A DNA stretch of 64,000 bases. Origin: a virus. Its lineage: Duplodnaviria; Caudoviricetes. The DNA lies in IMG/VR virus record IMGVR_UViG_3300013212_000088, positions 197,425-261,424 of that record. The stretch is one strand, 5' to 3'. How positions within the stretch are numbered: the stretch's first letter is position 1; every line of letters starts with the position of its first letter. The position numbers and the translations under genes were made by a program. A model generated the notes under the pieces. That model was not told the DNA's origin, searched no databases, and saw only the letters and a program-made list of their open reading frames with translations. Shown piece by piece: positions 1 through 10,303 of this stretch.

Positions 1-10
1 TCTTGTAAAG

Positions 11-16
11 TATAAT
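11..16 (+). promoter_or_regulatory. -10 hexamer TATAAT 6 nt before ATG (leaderless-type)
   Basis: TATAAT at 11-16, ATG at 23, no Shine-Dalgarno between. Confidence 0.55.
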
Positions 17-22
17 AGTTTC

Positions 23-613
23 ATGAAAAACTTTTTAGCAATAGATCTAGAGCTAAATAATAATGAAGAAAATAATCTTACTGAAAGAAAAATCATTCAA
101 GTAGGAGTAGCAATTGGTAATGTACATCAAAAGCAATCTGAATACTATCTTGCTAAATGGTATATAGACCCACATGAACCAATTTATCCATTCATTACTA
201 ATTTAACTGGAATTACCGATGAAGACATTTTAACTTTAGCTGTATCTCATCAACAAGTGGCAAATGAAATTTCCTATTTGATAGATGAATATAGTTGCTA
301 CGTCAATCCTGTAACTTGGGGTGGCGGAGATGTTGAAGAACTTAAAAAAGAGTTTAGCTACAGACATGTTGAGTTCAAGAAGTTTGGCAGAAGAGAAATT
401 GATGTCAAAACATTGAATACATTTCTAATGCTTGCTCAAAATAAATCTACTACATCTAGCTTAAAATCAGCTATGGGCAGATTCAAAATGCAATTCCAAG
501 GCACTCCACATAGAGCTGACGTTGATGCTTCTAATACATTAGCTTTGTTTTTTGGACTCTTAAGAAGGCAAAGTAAATTAGAAGAGTTTGTTGAAAATGT
601 AAGGCTAGTATAG
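23..613 (+). CDS. DEDDh 3'-5' exonuclease (DnaQ/ERI-1-like)
   Basis: ExoI DLELN, ExoII TWGGGD, ExoIII HRADVDA motifs. Confidence 0.85.
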   Translation: MKNFLAIDLELNNNEENNLTERKIIQVGVAIGNVHQKQSEYYLAKWYIDPHEPIYPFITNLTGITDEDILTLAVSHQQVANEISYLIDEYSCYVNPVTWGGGDVEELKKEFSYRHVEFKKFGRREIDVKTLNTFLMLAQNKSTTSSLKSAMGRFKMQFQGTPHRADVDASNTLALFFGLLRRQSKLEEFVENVRLV

Positions 614-641
614 AAAAAACCCATCGATTTCGATGGGTTTT
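614..641. terminator. bidirectional intrinsic terminator
   Basis: AAAACCCATCG-ATTT-CGATGGGTTTT between convergent genes. Confidence 0.8.
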
Positions 642-646
642 AACTT

Positions 647-979
647 TTATAAAGTGAGCTGTGTTACGGCAGCTACATGTCCACTTTGATCTCTAATTGC
701 AGAAGGGCCTGTATCTACACAAAATACATCTTCACGATCAAATGGAACAAAATCCATTACCACTCTGCTTACAATGTAATAAACACCGTCTTCAGGATCT
801 GGAAGGTTTGCAATTTTTTCAAAGTAAGTTTCTGCAATTGGAATACCTGCAACCTTACCTATGATTCTTTGCTTTGTTTCAACACGGCAAGGAAGTTCAG
901 ACCTGAATAAAGTTCCATAGCCTGAAATTGTAATGTCGTGTCCAATTAAGTTGACAAACTTTTTAAATTCTGGATACAT
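647..979 (-). CDS. hypothetical phage protein
   Basis: 110 aa ORF coupled to dut; NLxxHDI...LP..E.GVYYIVS pattern recalled from small viral proteins (unverified). Confidence 0.6.
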   Translation of the reverse strand: MYPEFKKFVNLIGHDITISGYGTLFRSELPCRVETKQRIIGKVAGIPIAETYFEKIANLPDPEDGVYYIVSRVVMDFVPFDREDVFCVDTGPSAIRDQSGHVAAVTQLTL

Positions 980-1455
980 TACTTTCCTGTGCTACCAAGT
1001 CCACCCTTGCGAGTTTTGTTAGCAGTTTGTCCAAACTCACTTACTTCTACTAGTTCATGAGCGGCTAACTTTGCTACGACCATTTGTGCAATTCGATCAC
1101 CATCATTAATTGTGAAAGGAATCTTGTTATGGTTGAAAAGGATAACCTTAAGTTCGAAATCCTCTCCATCACCAGAATAATCACAATCAATAGTTCCAGG
1201 TGTATTTAAAACAGTTACACCATGTTTTGCAGCTAGCCCAGAACGTGGACGAATTTGAATTTCATATCCTTCAGGAATATTTACATTCAATCCAGTTGGA
1301 ACAATTAAGCTATTATGAGGGTGAATCATCATCCCGCTTTTAAAATCTGGAATACAAGCACACAAATCATAACCTGCTGCTCCTTCAGTTGCCTTCTTAG
1401 GGATTACAGCCCCTTCACGAAATGCTTTAATCTCAACCTTTGCGACAATATCCAT
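979..1455 (-). CDS. dut: trimeric dUTPase
   Basis: AGYDL, RPRSGLA, GTIDCDY, RIAQ and RKGGLGSTG motifs. Confidence 0.97.
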   Translation of the reverse strand: MDIVAKVEIKAFREGAVIPKKATEGAAGYDLCACIPDFKSGMMIHPHNSLIVPTGLNVNIPEGYEIQIRPRSGLAAKHGVTVLNTPGTIDCDYSGDGEDFELKVILFNHNKIPFTINDGDRIAQMVVAKLAAHELVEVSEFGQTANKTRKGGLGSTGK

Positions 1456-1781
1456 TAGATAGATTCCTTCATAATTTGTTCTGGAGATACTTCAGCTTGA
1501 TTCAAATCAACAATTAATTTAATTGGATCAACTCTAGCTCTCAAGTTAGTAGCAAAATTATATAACTCTCTTCCTTGAAGAATTCTTGACATTCCAGTAA
1601 TTTCTTTTATGTCTTCTAAACTTAAAGGAGATTGAAATATAGCTTGTGTTTCAACATCTTGCAATACTAGCCAAAGAGTTTTCTTAACCACAGGAACTTC
1701 TTCAGTCCCTTCGTCTTCTTTAACAACTGCATCGATAATTTTTACCATTCTCTCTTGCAGATTTTGATTTTCTTTAGCCAT
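1455..1781 (-). CDS. hypothetical protein
   Basis: 108 aa ORF whose stop overlaps the dut start. Confidence 0.6.
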   Translation of the reverse strand: MAKENQNLQERMVKIIDAVVKEDEGTEEVPVVKKTLWLVLQDVETQAIFQSPLSLEDIKEITGMSRILQGRELYNFATNLRARVDPIKLIVDLNQAEVSPEQIMKESI

Positions 1782-1857
1782 TTATTTCTCCAATTAATTA
1801 TGCCACAAAACAACCTACTTGTAAAGAAAAAATAGAGGATTTCTCCTCTCTTTTTAT

Positions 1858-4314
1858 TTAACTACCACATGCTTCACAGTCCGGATTATCCAACGAGCAT
1901 ACTGCAGAATTAAAATCATCGGGATTAAAATCTGGATTTATTTCAGGCTTGGGTGTCTCTAAAACTGGAACTTTATCTAGTGACTGTATTCCAGAAGTAT
2001 CAATTCCAAGACCCTTAATTGCAGATGCCTTTGGCTTTGTTCGAAGATAATACATACCTGTCTTCAAGCCTAACTTCCACCCATAGAAGTGTGCAGAAGA
2101 TAATTTAGACATGGTGGGTTCAGCCATAAACATGTTCAAGGATTGGGACTGATCGATAAAGTAATTACGATCACGAGCCATTTCAAGAATAGTTTTGCCC
2201 TTCATTTCCCATACTGTCTTATAAACTTCACGAATCTCTGATGGGATTTCTTCAATTTCTTGAACAGAACCATTGTTAATAAATAATTTCATTCTGATAT
2301 TGTCAGTCCAAAGACCATTGTTGACTAAATCTTCCACTAAATGTTTATTTACAATTGCATACTCACCTGAAAGAGTATTTCTCTTATATAGGTTTGAAGT
2401 AAAAGGCTCAAAACACTCGTTATTACCAAGGATTTGTGCAGTAGAAGCTGTAGGCATAGGTGCAACAAGTAAAGAGTTTCTCAATCCAAATTGCTTGATT
2501 TCTTCCTTTAAAGCTAAAAAATCCCACATGCCAGATAAATTATTTGCAGTAATTCCCCATAAGTCATATTGTAATAAACCTTGAGATGCTGGAGATCCTT
2601 GGAATGAAGAATATGAACCCTCTTTAGCAGCCAAATCCTTTGATGCAGTAAGAGCAGCAAAATAAATTGTTTCAAAAATATCTTGGTTAAGCTTTCGTGC
2701 TTCATCAGATTCAAAAGCAATTCCCAACATAGCAAACGTATCTGCTAACCCTTGAACTCCCAAGCCAATAGGTCGATGCTTAAAGTTTGAATTTTGAGTT
2801 TCTTCTGTTGGATAGAAGTTTACATCAATAACTTGATTTAAATTTACTGTTGCTTGATAAACAACTTCATACAAGAATTTGAAATCATATCTACGTAATT
2901 TCTTATCCTTCTCACGAACTTTGCCAGATGGAATAATTACGTATTTGGGCAAAGCAATAGAAGCAAGATTACATACAGCAGTTTCGTTTTTGTTGCTTAC
3001 TTGCAAGATTTCTGTACATAAATTACTGCTATAAATCGTGCCAAGATTCTTCTGATTACTCTTATAATTACATGCATCCTTGTAAAGCATATAAGGTGTA
3101 CCAGTTTCAATTTGGGATGTAAGAACCTTTTCCCACAACTCACGAGCCTTAACAGTCTTTAACCCCTTACCTTCTGATTCATACTTCTCATAGAGCTCGG
3201 TAAAAGCTTTATTTTCAGGTGTATCGTAAGCATCAATAAGGCCAGGAACAGTGTCAGGAGAGAAAAGCGTCCAAACTCCATCTTCTTCAACTCGCTTCAT
3301 AAACAAATCGGGAATCCAAAGAGCCAAGAATAAATCCCTTGCTCTCATTTCTTCCTTACCATGATTCTTACGAAGGTCTATGAAATCAAAGACATCTCCA
3401 TGCCAAGGCTCAAGATAAACAGCAATTGAACCTTTGCGCTTTCCACCACCCTGATCTACATATCTTGCAGTCTCATTAAAGACACGTAACATAGGAACAA
3501 TACCATTTGACCAGCCATTAGTTCCCTTGATATATGCACCCTTGGCACGAATTTTATGAATATTTATTCCAATACCACCCGCTGACTGTGAAATCTTAGC
3601 ACAATCAGAAAGAGTCTTGTAAATACCTGGAATCGAGTCATCATCAATATCTAATAAGAAACAAGAAGACATTTGTGGTCTTTTTGTACCTGAATTAAAC
3701 AAAGTTGGGGTTGCATGAGTGAAAAGGCCTTGAGAAAGCAAATCATATGTCTTTTGAACCATTTCTAGATTGTCACGCCATATACCAACAGATACTCTCA
3801 TATACATTTGCTGAGGAGTTTCTGCAGGCTTTCCATGGCGTTGTAGAAGATAAGATTTTTCAAGAGTCTTATATCCAAAGTAATCGAAATTAAAATCACG
3901 ATCATGGACAATCATTGCATTGAGTGCTGTGGCATTCTTTTCAATAATTTCATAGACTTCATCAGAAATCAATCCAGCTGGTTCGTTATTAACTGGGTTG
4001 ATGTATTCATAAAGTTCTTTTGCAACTGTTGAAAACTCTTTTGCAACATCTTTGTAAAGGGATGTAATCGTAATTCTAGCAGCCAACTTACCATAATCAG
4101 GGTGAGTTGTGATCATTGATGCTGCTGTCTCAGCACTGAGTTTATCAAGTTCACTGCTTGTTACACCATCATAAAGACCAGATATAACCTTTTGAGCAAC
4201 CTGGAAATAATCTACATAATCTTCGTTTAATCCGTATGTTTGCTTACGGATTCTAGAAGAAATCTTGTCAAACTTTACTTGTTCAACTGTCCCGTCTCTT
4301 TTTACAACATTCAT
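1858..4314 (-). CDS. nrdA: ribonucleotide reductase class Ia large subunit with ATP cone
   Basis: N-terminal VVKRDG ATP cone, [29 protein letters not shown]-terminal CEACGS. Confidence 0.98.
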   Translation of the reverse strand: MNVVKRDGTVEQVKFDKISSRIRKQTYGLNEDYVDYFQVAQKVISGLYDGVTSSELDKLSAETAASMITTHPDYGKLAARITITSLYKDVAKEFSTVAKELYEYINPVNNEPAGLISDEVYEIIEKNATALNAMIVHDRDFNFDYFGYKTLEKSYLLQRHGKPAETPQQMYMRVSVGIWRDNLEMVQKTYDLLSQGLFTHATPTLFNSGTKRPQMSSCFLLDIDDDSIPGIYKTLSDCAKISQSAGGIGINIHKIRAKGAYIKGTNGWSNGIVPMLRVFNETARYVDQGGGKRKGSIAVYLEPWHGDVFDFIDLRKNHGKEEMRARDLFLALWIPDLFMKRVEEDGVWTLFSPDTVPGLIDAYDTPENKAFTELYEKYESEGKGLKTVKARELWEKVLTSQIETGTPYMLYKDACNYKSNQKNLGTIYSSNLCTEILQVSNKNETAVCNLASIALPKYVIIPSGKVREKDKKLRRYDFKFLYEVVYQATVNLNQVIDVNFYPTEETQNSNFKHRPIGLGVQGLADTFAMLGIAFESDEARKLNQDIFETIYFAALTASKDLAAKEGSYSSFQGSPASQGLLQYDLWGITANNLSGMWDFLALKEEIKQFGLRNSLLVAPMPTASTAQILGNNECFEPFTSNLYKRNTLSGEYAIVNKHLVEDLVNNGLWTDNIRMKLFINNGSVQEIEEIPSEIREVYKTVWEMKGKTILEMARDRNYFIDQSQSLNMFMAEPTMSKLSSAHFYGWKLGLKTGMYYLRTKPKASAIKGLGIDTSGIQSLDKVPVLETPKPEINPDFNPDDFNSAVCSLDNPDCEACGS

Positions 4315-4325
4315 ATTTGCTTACC

Positions 4326-5288
4326 TTAAAAATCTTCTTCAGTGGAGAATTGAATTGTGTCTGGCTTTGTGCCTACACCTTGCTTTGAATATTCACCAAC
4401 ACGCTTCTCAAAGAAGTTTGTTTTGTTTTCCATTGCAATATTCTTCATGAAATCAAATGGGTTTTCAGAATTATAGATTTTTCCTACGCCCAAGTCAATC
4501 AAAAGACGGTCAGAAACATACTCTAAATATTGCTTCATCAAATCAGAATTCATTCCAATTAAAGATACAGGCAAAGCTTCAGTAATAAATTCTTTTTCAA
4601 TTGTAAGAGCAGAATCAATAATTTCAATCAAACGTTCACGAGAAAGCTTGTTCTCAATGTGATGATTATAAAGATGAACTGCAAAATCTGTATGCAATCC
4701 CTCATCACGAGAAATTAACTCATTTGAGAAGGATAAACCTGGCATTAAACCACGCTTCTTTAACCAGAAAATTGAACAGAAAGATCCAGAGAAGAAAATT
4801 CCCTCAACAGCAGCAAAAGCAATTAGACGCTCAACAAATGATTCAGAGCTGATCCACTTAAGAGCCCATTCAGCCTTCTTTTGAACTGCAGGAACAGTAT
4901 CAATAGCGTTAAATAAATAGTCTTGCTCTGCTTTGTCTTTGATGTATGTATCAATAAGCAAAGAATAAGTTTCTGAATGGATATTCTCCATCATAATTTG
5001 GAAGCCATAGAAAAACTTTGCTTCTGTATATTGAACTTCAGAGACAAAGTTTTCTGCAAGGTTTTCATTTACAATTCCATCAGATGCAGCAAAGAATGCT
5101 AGTACATGCTTTACGAAGTGTTGTTCTCCTGCATTAAGCTTCTCCCAGTCTGCCAAATCTGAAGATAAATCAATTTCTTCAGCAGTCCAAAATGATGCTT
5201 GGGACTTCTTATAAAACTCCCAGATATCATGGTACTGAAGTGGAAACAAAACAAACCTATTCTTATTCTCTTCTAAAATCTTTTCCAT
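4326..5288 (-). CDS. nrdB: ribonucleotide reductase class Ia small subunit
   Basis: [23 protein letters not shown] diiron motifs; KTNFFE tail. Confidence 0.98.
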   Translation of the reverse strand: MEKILEENKNRFVLFPLQYHDIWEFYKKSQASFWTAEEIDLSSDLADWEKLNAGEQHFVKHVLAFFAASDGIVNENLAENFVSEVQYTEAKFFYGFQIMMENIHSETYSLLIDTYIKDKAEQDYLFNAIDTVPAVQKKAEWALKWISSESFVERLIAFAAVEGIFFSGSFCSIFWLKKRGLMPGLSFSNELISRDEGLHTDFAVHLYNHHIENKLSRERLIEIIDSALTIEKEFITEALPVSLIGMNSDLMKQYLEYVSDRLLIDLGVGKIYNSENPFDFMKNIAMENKTNFFEKRVGEYSKQGVGTKPDTIQFSTEEDF

Positions 5289-5303
5289 TTTTGTCTTACT
5301 CTC

Positions 5304-5789
5304 TTAATTAAATAGTTCTTCGTGATCTAAGTCTCTTAATAATTTGATAATAGCTTTTACTTCTTTTCCGCTCATTCCATTATCAGAAAAATAGTTTTTA
5401 ATTGCTTCATAAATCTCGTGATAATCCCTTTCGGTTTCTTCACTTATCATGTATGTAGCTTTCTTAACGGCACAACTGAGTATGGCGTTTGCTTGATCAT
5501 TATCTGTGCTAAATATATCATGATTATGATAATTGTCACGCACGAAAACACGAGAATTCACCAGTGATGAATCTCTGATCAACGTTGTCCATGGAGTACC
5601 AGCAGCATATTTTTTATTCTGGCTTTCATTGCTGTCAACCTTAAAAAAATCACTTGTAGAAATATCATCTGTGGTAAAATAATCTTCTAAAAATTGCCTT
5701 TTCTTTTTATTCCAATCAGAGCTTTGCATACTTATAATTAATACTTTCTTTGTCGTTTGAGAGAGTAAGTTTATTACTTCCATCATCAC
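5304..5789 (-). CDS. hypothetical protein
   Basis: 161 aa ORF; start uncertain, overlaps upstream gene. Confidence 0.55.
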   Translation of the reverse strand: MMMEVINLLSQTTKKVLIISMQSSDWNKKKRQFLEDYFTTDDISTSDFFKVDSNESQNKKYAAGTPWTTLIRDSSLVNSRVFVRDNYHNHDIFSTDNDQANAILSCAVKKATYMISEETERDYHEIYEAIKNYFSDNGMSGKEVKAIIKLLRDLDHEELFN

Positions 5790-6183
5790 AAGTAATTGAC
5801 CACCAGACGTTATAATACCCTAAAATATCCAACACCTTTTGGCAATGAGGACATGGTTTTGCTAATCTAAACTCACCATTTCTGTTAATTCTTACGCTAA
5901 TAATTTCAATATCTGCTTGCGGGTATTTATCTTTAATCTGATATATAGCATCACACTCAGCATGAATATATGGGTATTCTTTCCATTTTGCTATATTTAA
6001 AGATCTTCCAATTTGTAATGCTGTTCTAGATCCATCAGAAATATTATTTTTACCAATTGCAACAACTTTAGATTTTTTAATTGCAAACGCATAATGAAAA
6101 GAAGCCCTAGATTTATCCTGTTTCCATTCCTGGGACATTAATCTAAGGGCTCTTTTTACTGCTAATTCTTCCATATTATTCAT
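5716..6183 (-). CDS. zinc-dependent cytidine/dCMP deaminase-like protein
   Basis: HAE ... PCPHC zinc motif; GKN motif near N-terminus. Confidence 0.8.
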   Translation of the reverse strand: MNNMEELAVKRALRLMSQEWKQDKSRASFHYAFAIKKSKVVAIGKNNISDGSRTALQIGRSLNIAKWKEYPYIHAECDAIYQIKDKYPQADIEIISVRINRNGEFRLAKPCPHCQKVLDILGYYNVWWSITCDDGSNKLTLSNDKESINYKYAKL

Positions 6184-6184
6184 T

Positions 6185-6210
6185 TGTAATTTAAGTTAAC
6201 TTAAATTACA
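6185..6210. promoter_or_regulatory. perfect 26-bp palindrome next to the deaminase start
   Basis: TGTAATTTAAGTTAACTTAAATTACA is its own reverse complement. Confidence 0.6.
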
Positions 6211-6228
6211 GAGTCGTTCTATGTTTGA

Positions 6229-6603
6229 TTATAGCGCAAATTTGATGTTGATTGCAAATATTCTTGTGGAAATCCCTTTTGCTTTCTTACCACCAATTTC
6301 AGCAGTGTATTCTGATTGACGGCAAACTAAAACAGAACCATTTGTCAGACTTTCAACTTCTCTTGAAGCTAATCTAAATGCACTCATTACAGCGTTTAAG
6401 GCTGTTGGGCCTACTGACAAAACTCTTACATATTCATTTTCTTTAAGAACATGCAAGATACTTCGAGAAAGGCCTACTGGATCTGTAGGACGCTTGTGAG
6501 GATCAGGATCGTTTGAATCTCCTCCCCTTGCACGTAAAGTTCTAACATCATTGAAACCTACTTTCTTTACTTCTGCGTCTTCAACTTTTGAAAAATCTTC
6601 CAT
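6229..6603 (-). CDS. spoVS: SpoVS-like (Alba-fold) protein
   Basis: PVGLSRSILHVLKENEYVRVLSVGPTALNAVMSAFRLA...LVC...AEIGG aligns by eye with B. subtilis SpoVS PNSVAGALAGVLRERGAAEIQAIGAGALNQAVKAVAIA...LIC...IQIDG. Confidence 0.65.
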   Translation of the reverse strand: MEDFSKVEDAEVKKVGFNDVRTLRARGGDSNDPDPHKRPTDPVGLSRSILHVLKENEYVRVLSVGPTALNAVMSAFRLASREVESLTNGSVLVCRQSEYTAEIGGKKAKGISTRIFAINIKFAL

Positions 6604-6617
6604 TTTAATTCCTTTGA

Positions 6618-7625
6618 TTATTCCAATCCAGCAAGTGACATTTTATCTTTTAAACCATCAATTGCATCATTAAACTCTTCGATAGAACAATTATACAAAG
6701 CTGCATCAAATTTTAATGTTGTAGACCCATTTAATATGTTTGAAAGAATTTTATTTTCAATTTCATTAAGATCCATGGACATAAGATTATTTAAATTATT
6801 TCTTTCTTGAACTTTATCATAATAACAGCCTTCGTCCCCATCTTCGTCTTCACCAGTGTAAATACTTAAAGCTCTTGGAGATACTGTTTGGTACCCTGGA
6901 TAAGTTTCATTGAATCTTTGAAATAGAAGTGTTGAGTGCTTAGACAACATATGCTTTCTAATTGCATTATTAATCCCTACACGTTTACATTCAGCGCAAT
7001 CTCCCGCACCGAAACATATCTCTTCTGGGTTAATTAAACAATTATATTGTCTGGGTAGTTTATGAGATTTGCATAGTGGACAATTAGTAAGAGTTTCAAT
7101 ATTATGTCCATTTATTTTTAATTGAGTCCATAATAAATCAATATGGCTTCCTCTTAAATGTGTTGATAAAGGATTGACCCATTTTTCGCATATAGGGCAT
7201 TTGCATGATGGGTTACGTTTTCCAGCATTGTCAGCTTTAACTAAATTAATATAATTGTGCTGCAGTGCTCCAATAAAATAATTCTTAAACTCACCTGTGC
7301 CATCATATCTAGATATTTTTCTGGCATTTCTTGGCTTCCATGCTGATAAAACATTACAAAATATTCTTATATAATCTTGTTGAAAATCTTCCAATGCATC
7401 ATATAAATAATGGTATTGGGTGTACCATTCTTGCAAGTGCATCATTGGCGGGTACAGCTTTATAACTTTTTTGTAAGCATTATCTATAATTCTTACATGA
7501 CCGCTTGCTAAAGCTTTCTGATAATTAAGAATAGCAAATTCTAGCTTTTCTTGATGACCTGTGTAACTCTTAACATTCTTGTTTGGTTGAACTTCAGTTT
7601 CTTGCATAATAGACCTATAAGCCAC
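6618..7625 (-). CDS. sigma70-family (SigH/ECF-like) factor with central zinc-finger insertion
   Basis: region 2-like EDFQQD...FKNYFIGALQHNYINLVKADNAGKR; region 4-like LNEIENKIL...NDAIDGLKDKM; CPIC..HLRGSH and further Cys/His clusters between them. Confidence 0.6.
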   Translation of the reverse strand: MAYRSIMQETEVQPNKNVKSYTGHQEKLEFAILNYQKALASGHVRIIDNAYKKVIKLYPPMMHLQEWYTQYHYLYDALEDFQQDYIRIFCNVLSAWKPRNARKISRYDGTGEFKNYFIGALQHNYINLVKADNAGKRNPSCKCPICEKWVNPLSTHLRGSHIDLLWTQLKINGHNIETLTNCPLCKSHKLPRQYNCLINPEEICFGAGDCAECKRVGINNAIRKHMLSKHSTLLFQRFNETYPGYQTVSPRALSIYTGEDEDGDEGCYYDKVQERNNLNNLMSMDLNEIENKILSNILNGSTTLKFDAALYNCSIEEFNDAIDGLKDKMSLAGLE

Positions 7626-7684
7626 ATTAAATAAACTTAATGTGACTATATTATAGTTTGCAACAATTAGAATGTAAATATAGT

Positions 7685-9484
7685 TTATTTTACATGAGGT
7701 TTAATATCAACAGTTGTCAACGTTAAACTCTTTCTACCTTGCCAATCATCAATTGACATAGTGAATGCTAAATCAATTAAGGATCCCTCTTTTAAGTGTT
7801 CAGCTAAATAGCCTTTTCTCCAAGCATTTACATTGATCCACTGTTTTGAGTCTGGATCAGAAACTTTTAATTTAAGATGCTTGCCACTTGTCAGAGTTTT
7901 AGTTTCTACAATTTTAAGTTTAGTACAAACAAAAATTGGAGTTTCATTTCCTGATCCAAATGGTGAGAGCCTAGTTAATTGACCAAAAACCTTTTCATTA
8001 ATATCACCAGGTTCTATTCTTGAATCAAAATCAATGACTTTTACTCCTGATAACTGTCCAATAATGTCTGAAGCATATTCGTTCAAAGCTTCTCTCATTG
8101 CAGGAATATTATCAATTGCAAGTTCAAAACCAGCAGCAAAAGCATGACCACCACACACAGTAGAACCATCTGATCTCTTCTTAAATAATGCCCAAGCCTT
8201 CTCAGACTTTAAAGCATTCAAAATATTGAAATCTCTTAATGATCTACAAGAACCTTTAGCATATCCATCATCTTTAAATGAACATACAAGAGTTGGCTTA
8301 TTAAACTTTTCAACCAACTTGCCAGCAATCAACCCTATCAATCCTGGGTGCCATTCTTTTTGACCAACAACAAGGATATAAGTGTTAGGCAGATCAAAGT
8401 TTTGTTCTACATAAGCAATAGCATCTTCGACAGCTTTTTCTTGCTCTAATTGTCTTTTTCTATTTGCGTTATCCAGCTCTTTTGCCAACTTTTCTGCTCT
8501 TATTTGACTTGTTTCTAATAAGAGATCTAAAGCTGTTCCTGCATCAGCTAAACGTCCAATAGCATTAATTCTTGGGCCTAACTGAAAACCAATACTAAAC
8601 GTATCAACTTCTTTTACACCAGCAATTTTAAGTAACTGTTGGATGCCAGGTTTCGATGTATTGGATAGCCTTTGACAACCATAAGCAACCATAGCCTTGT
8701 TTTCATCAAGCATAGGAGCAACGTCAGCAACAGTTCCTAGGGCTACGTATTCAATCAATTCATCAATCATCTCTCTAACATCATAACCACGTTCTTTTGC
8801 TAGAGCTAACATGACTTTAAACGCAATTCCAACACCAGCAAGAGCATCAAAAGGATATCTTACAAAATCTTTATTGGAATCATTGGTAAATAAATGTCCT
8901 GGATAATTTGGATCATCTCTATTAGGATTTACTACACCTATACAATCAGGAATCTTGCCATCTTCTGAAGGGTGGTGGTGATCTGTAATAATCAAATCAA
9001 GTCCGCATGTTTTAGCATATGCAGCAGTTTCAAAAGCAACAATTCCACAGTCAACAGAAAATAATAATTGTGCTTCTGCCTTAATTGCTTCATCAACAGA
9101 ATGTACTTTTATGTCATAACCGTCTTCCATTCTGTGAGGGACTTTATAAACTAGATTAGCTTTCATTTTGCGAAGAGCAGTAACTACCACTGATGTTGCA
9201 GTAATTCCGTCAACATCATAATCTCCCCAGACAAATATCTTCTCATTGTTATCTATAGCTTTATTCAAACGTGCTAAAACTGGTCGAATATCAGGGAGTA
9301 AGAATGGGTTTCGTAAAGCACTTATATCAGTCTTACAAAACTTCTCAACTTCTTTTACATCTTTCAAGCCTCTACCAGCAAGAATATTAGATATAGGTGT
9401 GGCTATTGATAAGTCTTCTGCCAATTGAGCTGAGACTTGTCTATCAAACTTTTTTAACTTCCAAACATTTTCAAATTCTTGCAT
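7685..9484 (-). CDS. recJ: ssDNA-specific exonuclease RecJ
   Basis: GDYDVDG, DCG, TDHH, GTVADV, GPRINAIGRL, GGHAFAAG (DHH/DHHA1). Confidence 0.97.
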   Translation of the reverse strand: MQEFENVWKLKKFDRQVSAQLAEDLSIATPISNILAGRGLKDVKEVEKFCKTDISALRNPFLLPDIRPVLARLNKAIDNNEKIFVWGDYDVDGITATSVVVTALRKMKANLVYKVPHRMEDGYDIKVHSVDEAIKAEAQLLFSVDCGIVAFETAAYAKTCGLDLIITDHHHPSEDGKIPDCIGVVNPNRDDPNYPGHLFTNDSNKDFVRYPFDALAGVGIAFKVMLALAKERGYDVREMIDELIEYVALGTVADVAPMLDENKAMVAYGCQRLSNTSKPGIQQLLKIAGVKEVDTFSIGFQLGPRINAIGRLADAGTALDLLLETSQIRAEKLAKELDNANRKRQLEQEKAVEDAIAYVEQNFDLPNTYILVVGQKEWHPGLIGLIAGKLVEKFNKPTLVCSFKDDGYAKGSCRSLRDFNILNALKSEKAWALFKKRSDGSTVCGGHAFAAGFELAIDNIPAMREALNEYASDIIGQLSGVKVIDFDSRIEPGDINEKVFGQLTRLSPFGSGNETPIFVCTKLKIVETKTLTSGKHLKLKVSDPDSKQWINVNAWRKGYLAEHLKEGSLIDLAFTMSIDDWQGRKSLTLTTVDIKPHVK

Positions 9485-9485
9485 T

Positions 9486-10265
9486 TTAACTCGCTAATAT
9501 ATTCAAATAAGGTGAATCACTGTTAAGCAATTCTTTGGTGGCATTTATTAGATTTTCTGGGCCGTATTCTATCACAAAATCATCTGGGTCACACTTTTCA
9601 GGTAGATATAAACTCTTCCCAATAAAATTGTTTTCTGAAAGTTTTTGAAATATCTTGTCAGTGGCTAATTTACCAGCGATATCTCCATCTAATAACAAAA
9701 CAATTCTGTTGCAATATCTATAAAGTAAAGCTAAATGAAAATCAGATAAAGCTGTTCCACATAAGGCAACAACATTATTTATGCCATTTTGTCTAAGAAC
9801 CAAAACATCAAAATAACCTTCAACAATATAAACAAAATTACTTTCACGGATATATTCTTTTGCTTTATCTAAATTAAATAAATGCTTAGACTTTTGATAG
9901 GGTTCATTTATCCACTTACCTTTCATCCATTTAGAAATCCTATCATCTGCTTTTGAAGGTTCGTAGCTATAAGTGTCCCAGAAAGATTTTATAGTTAGTT
10001 CAATATAATCAGGTAATTGCCTTCCTGCTAAAGCTATCAATCTTCCATGAACATCTCTAATAGGAACAATTACTCTGCCTCTGAGCAATGGAAAAACATA
10101 TCTAGAATATGGAGGGCAAAAACCCAAATCATTAGTTTCTAAATGACAGAGATTAAGGTTTCTAGATTTAATATATTTTTTAACAGTTTCATTTTCAATC
10201 AATTCCCTTGCAAATTGATTGAAAATAGTAGATCTAGATAAATCTTCCATAGTTAATTTTACCAT
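9486..10265 (-). CDS. dnaG: DNA primase catalytic (Toprim) core, no zinc-binding domain
   Basis: RVIVPI, AGR, VEGYFD, DGDIAG, DPDD motifs; no CHC2 finger. Confidence 0.9.
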   Translation of the reverse strand: MVKLTMEDLSRSTIFNQFARELIENETVKKYIKSRNLNLCHLETNDLGFCPPYSRYVFPLLRGRVIVPIRDVHGRLIALAGRQLPDYIELTIKSFWDTYSYEPSKADDRISKWMKGKWINEPYQKSKHLFNLDKAKEYIRESNFVYIVEGYFDVLVLRQNGINNVVALCGTALSDFHLALLYRYCNRIVLLLDGDIAGKLATDKIFQKLSENNFIGKSLYLPEKCDPDDFVIEYGPENLINATKELLNSDSPYLNILAS

Positions 10266-10303
10266 TCAAAAAAGAAGGTGCAGATTTCTCTACACCTCTT
10301 TTA

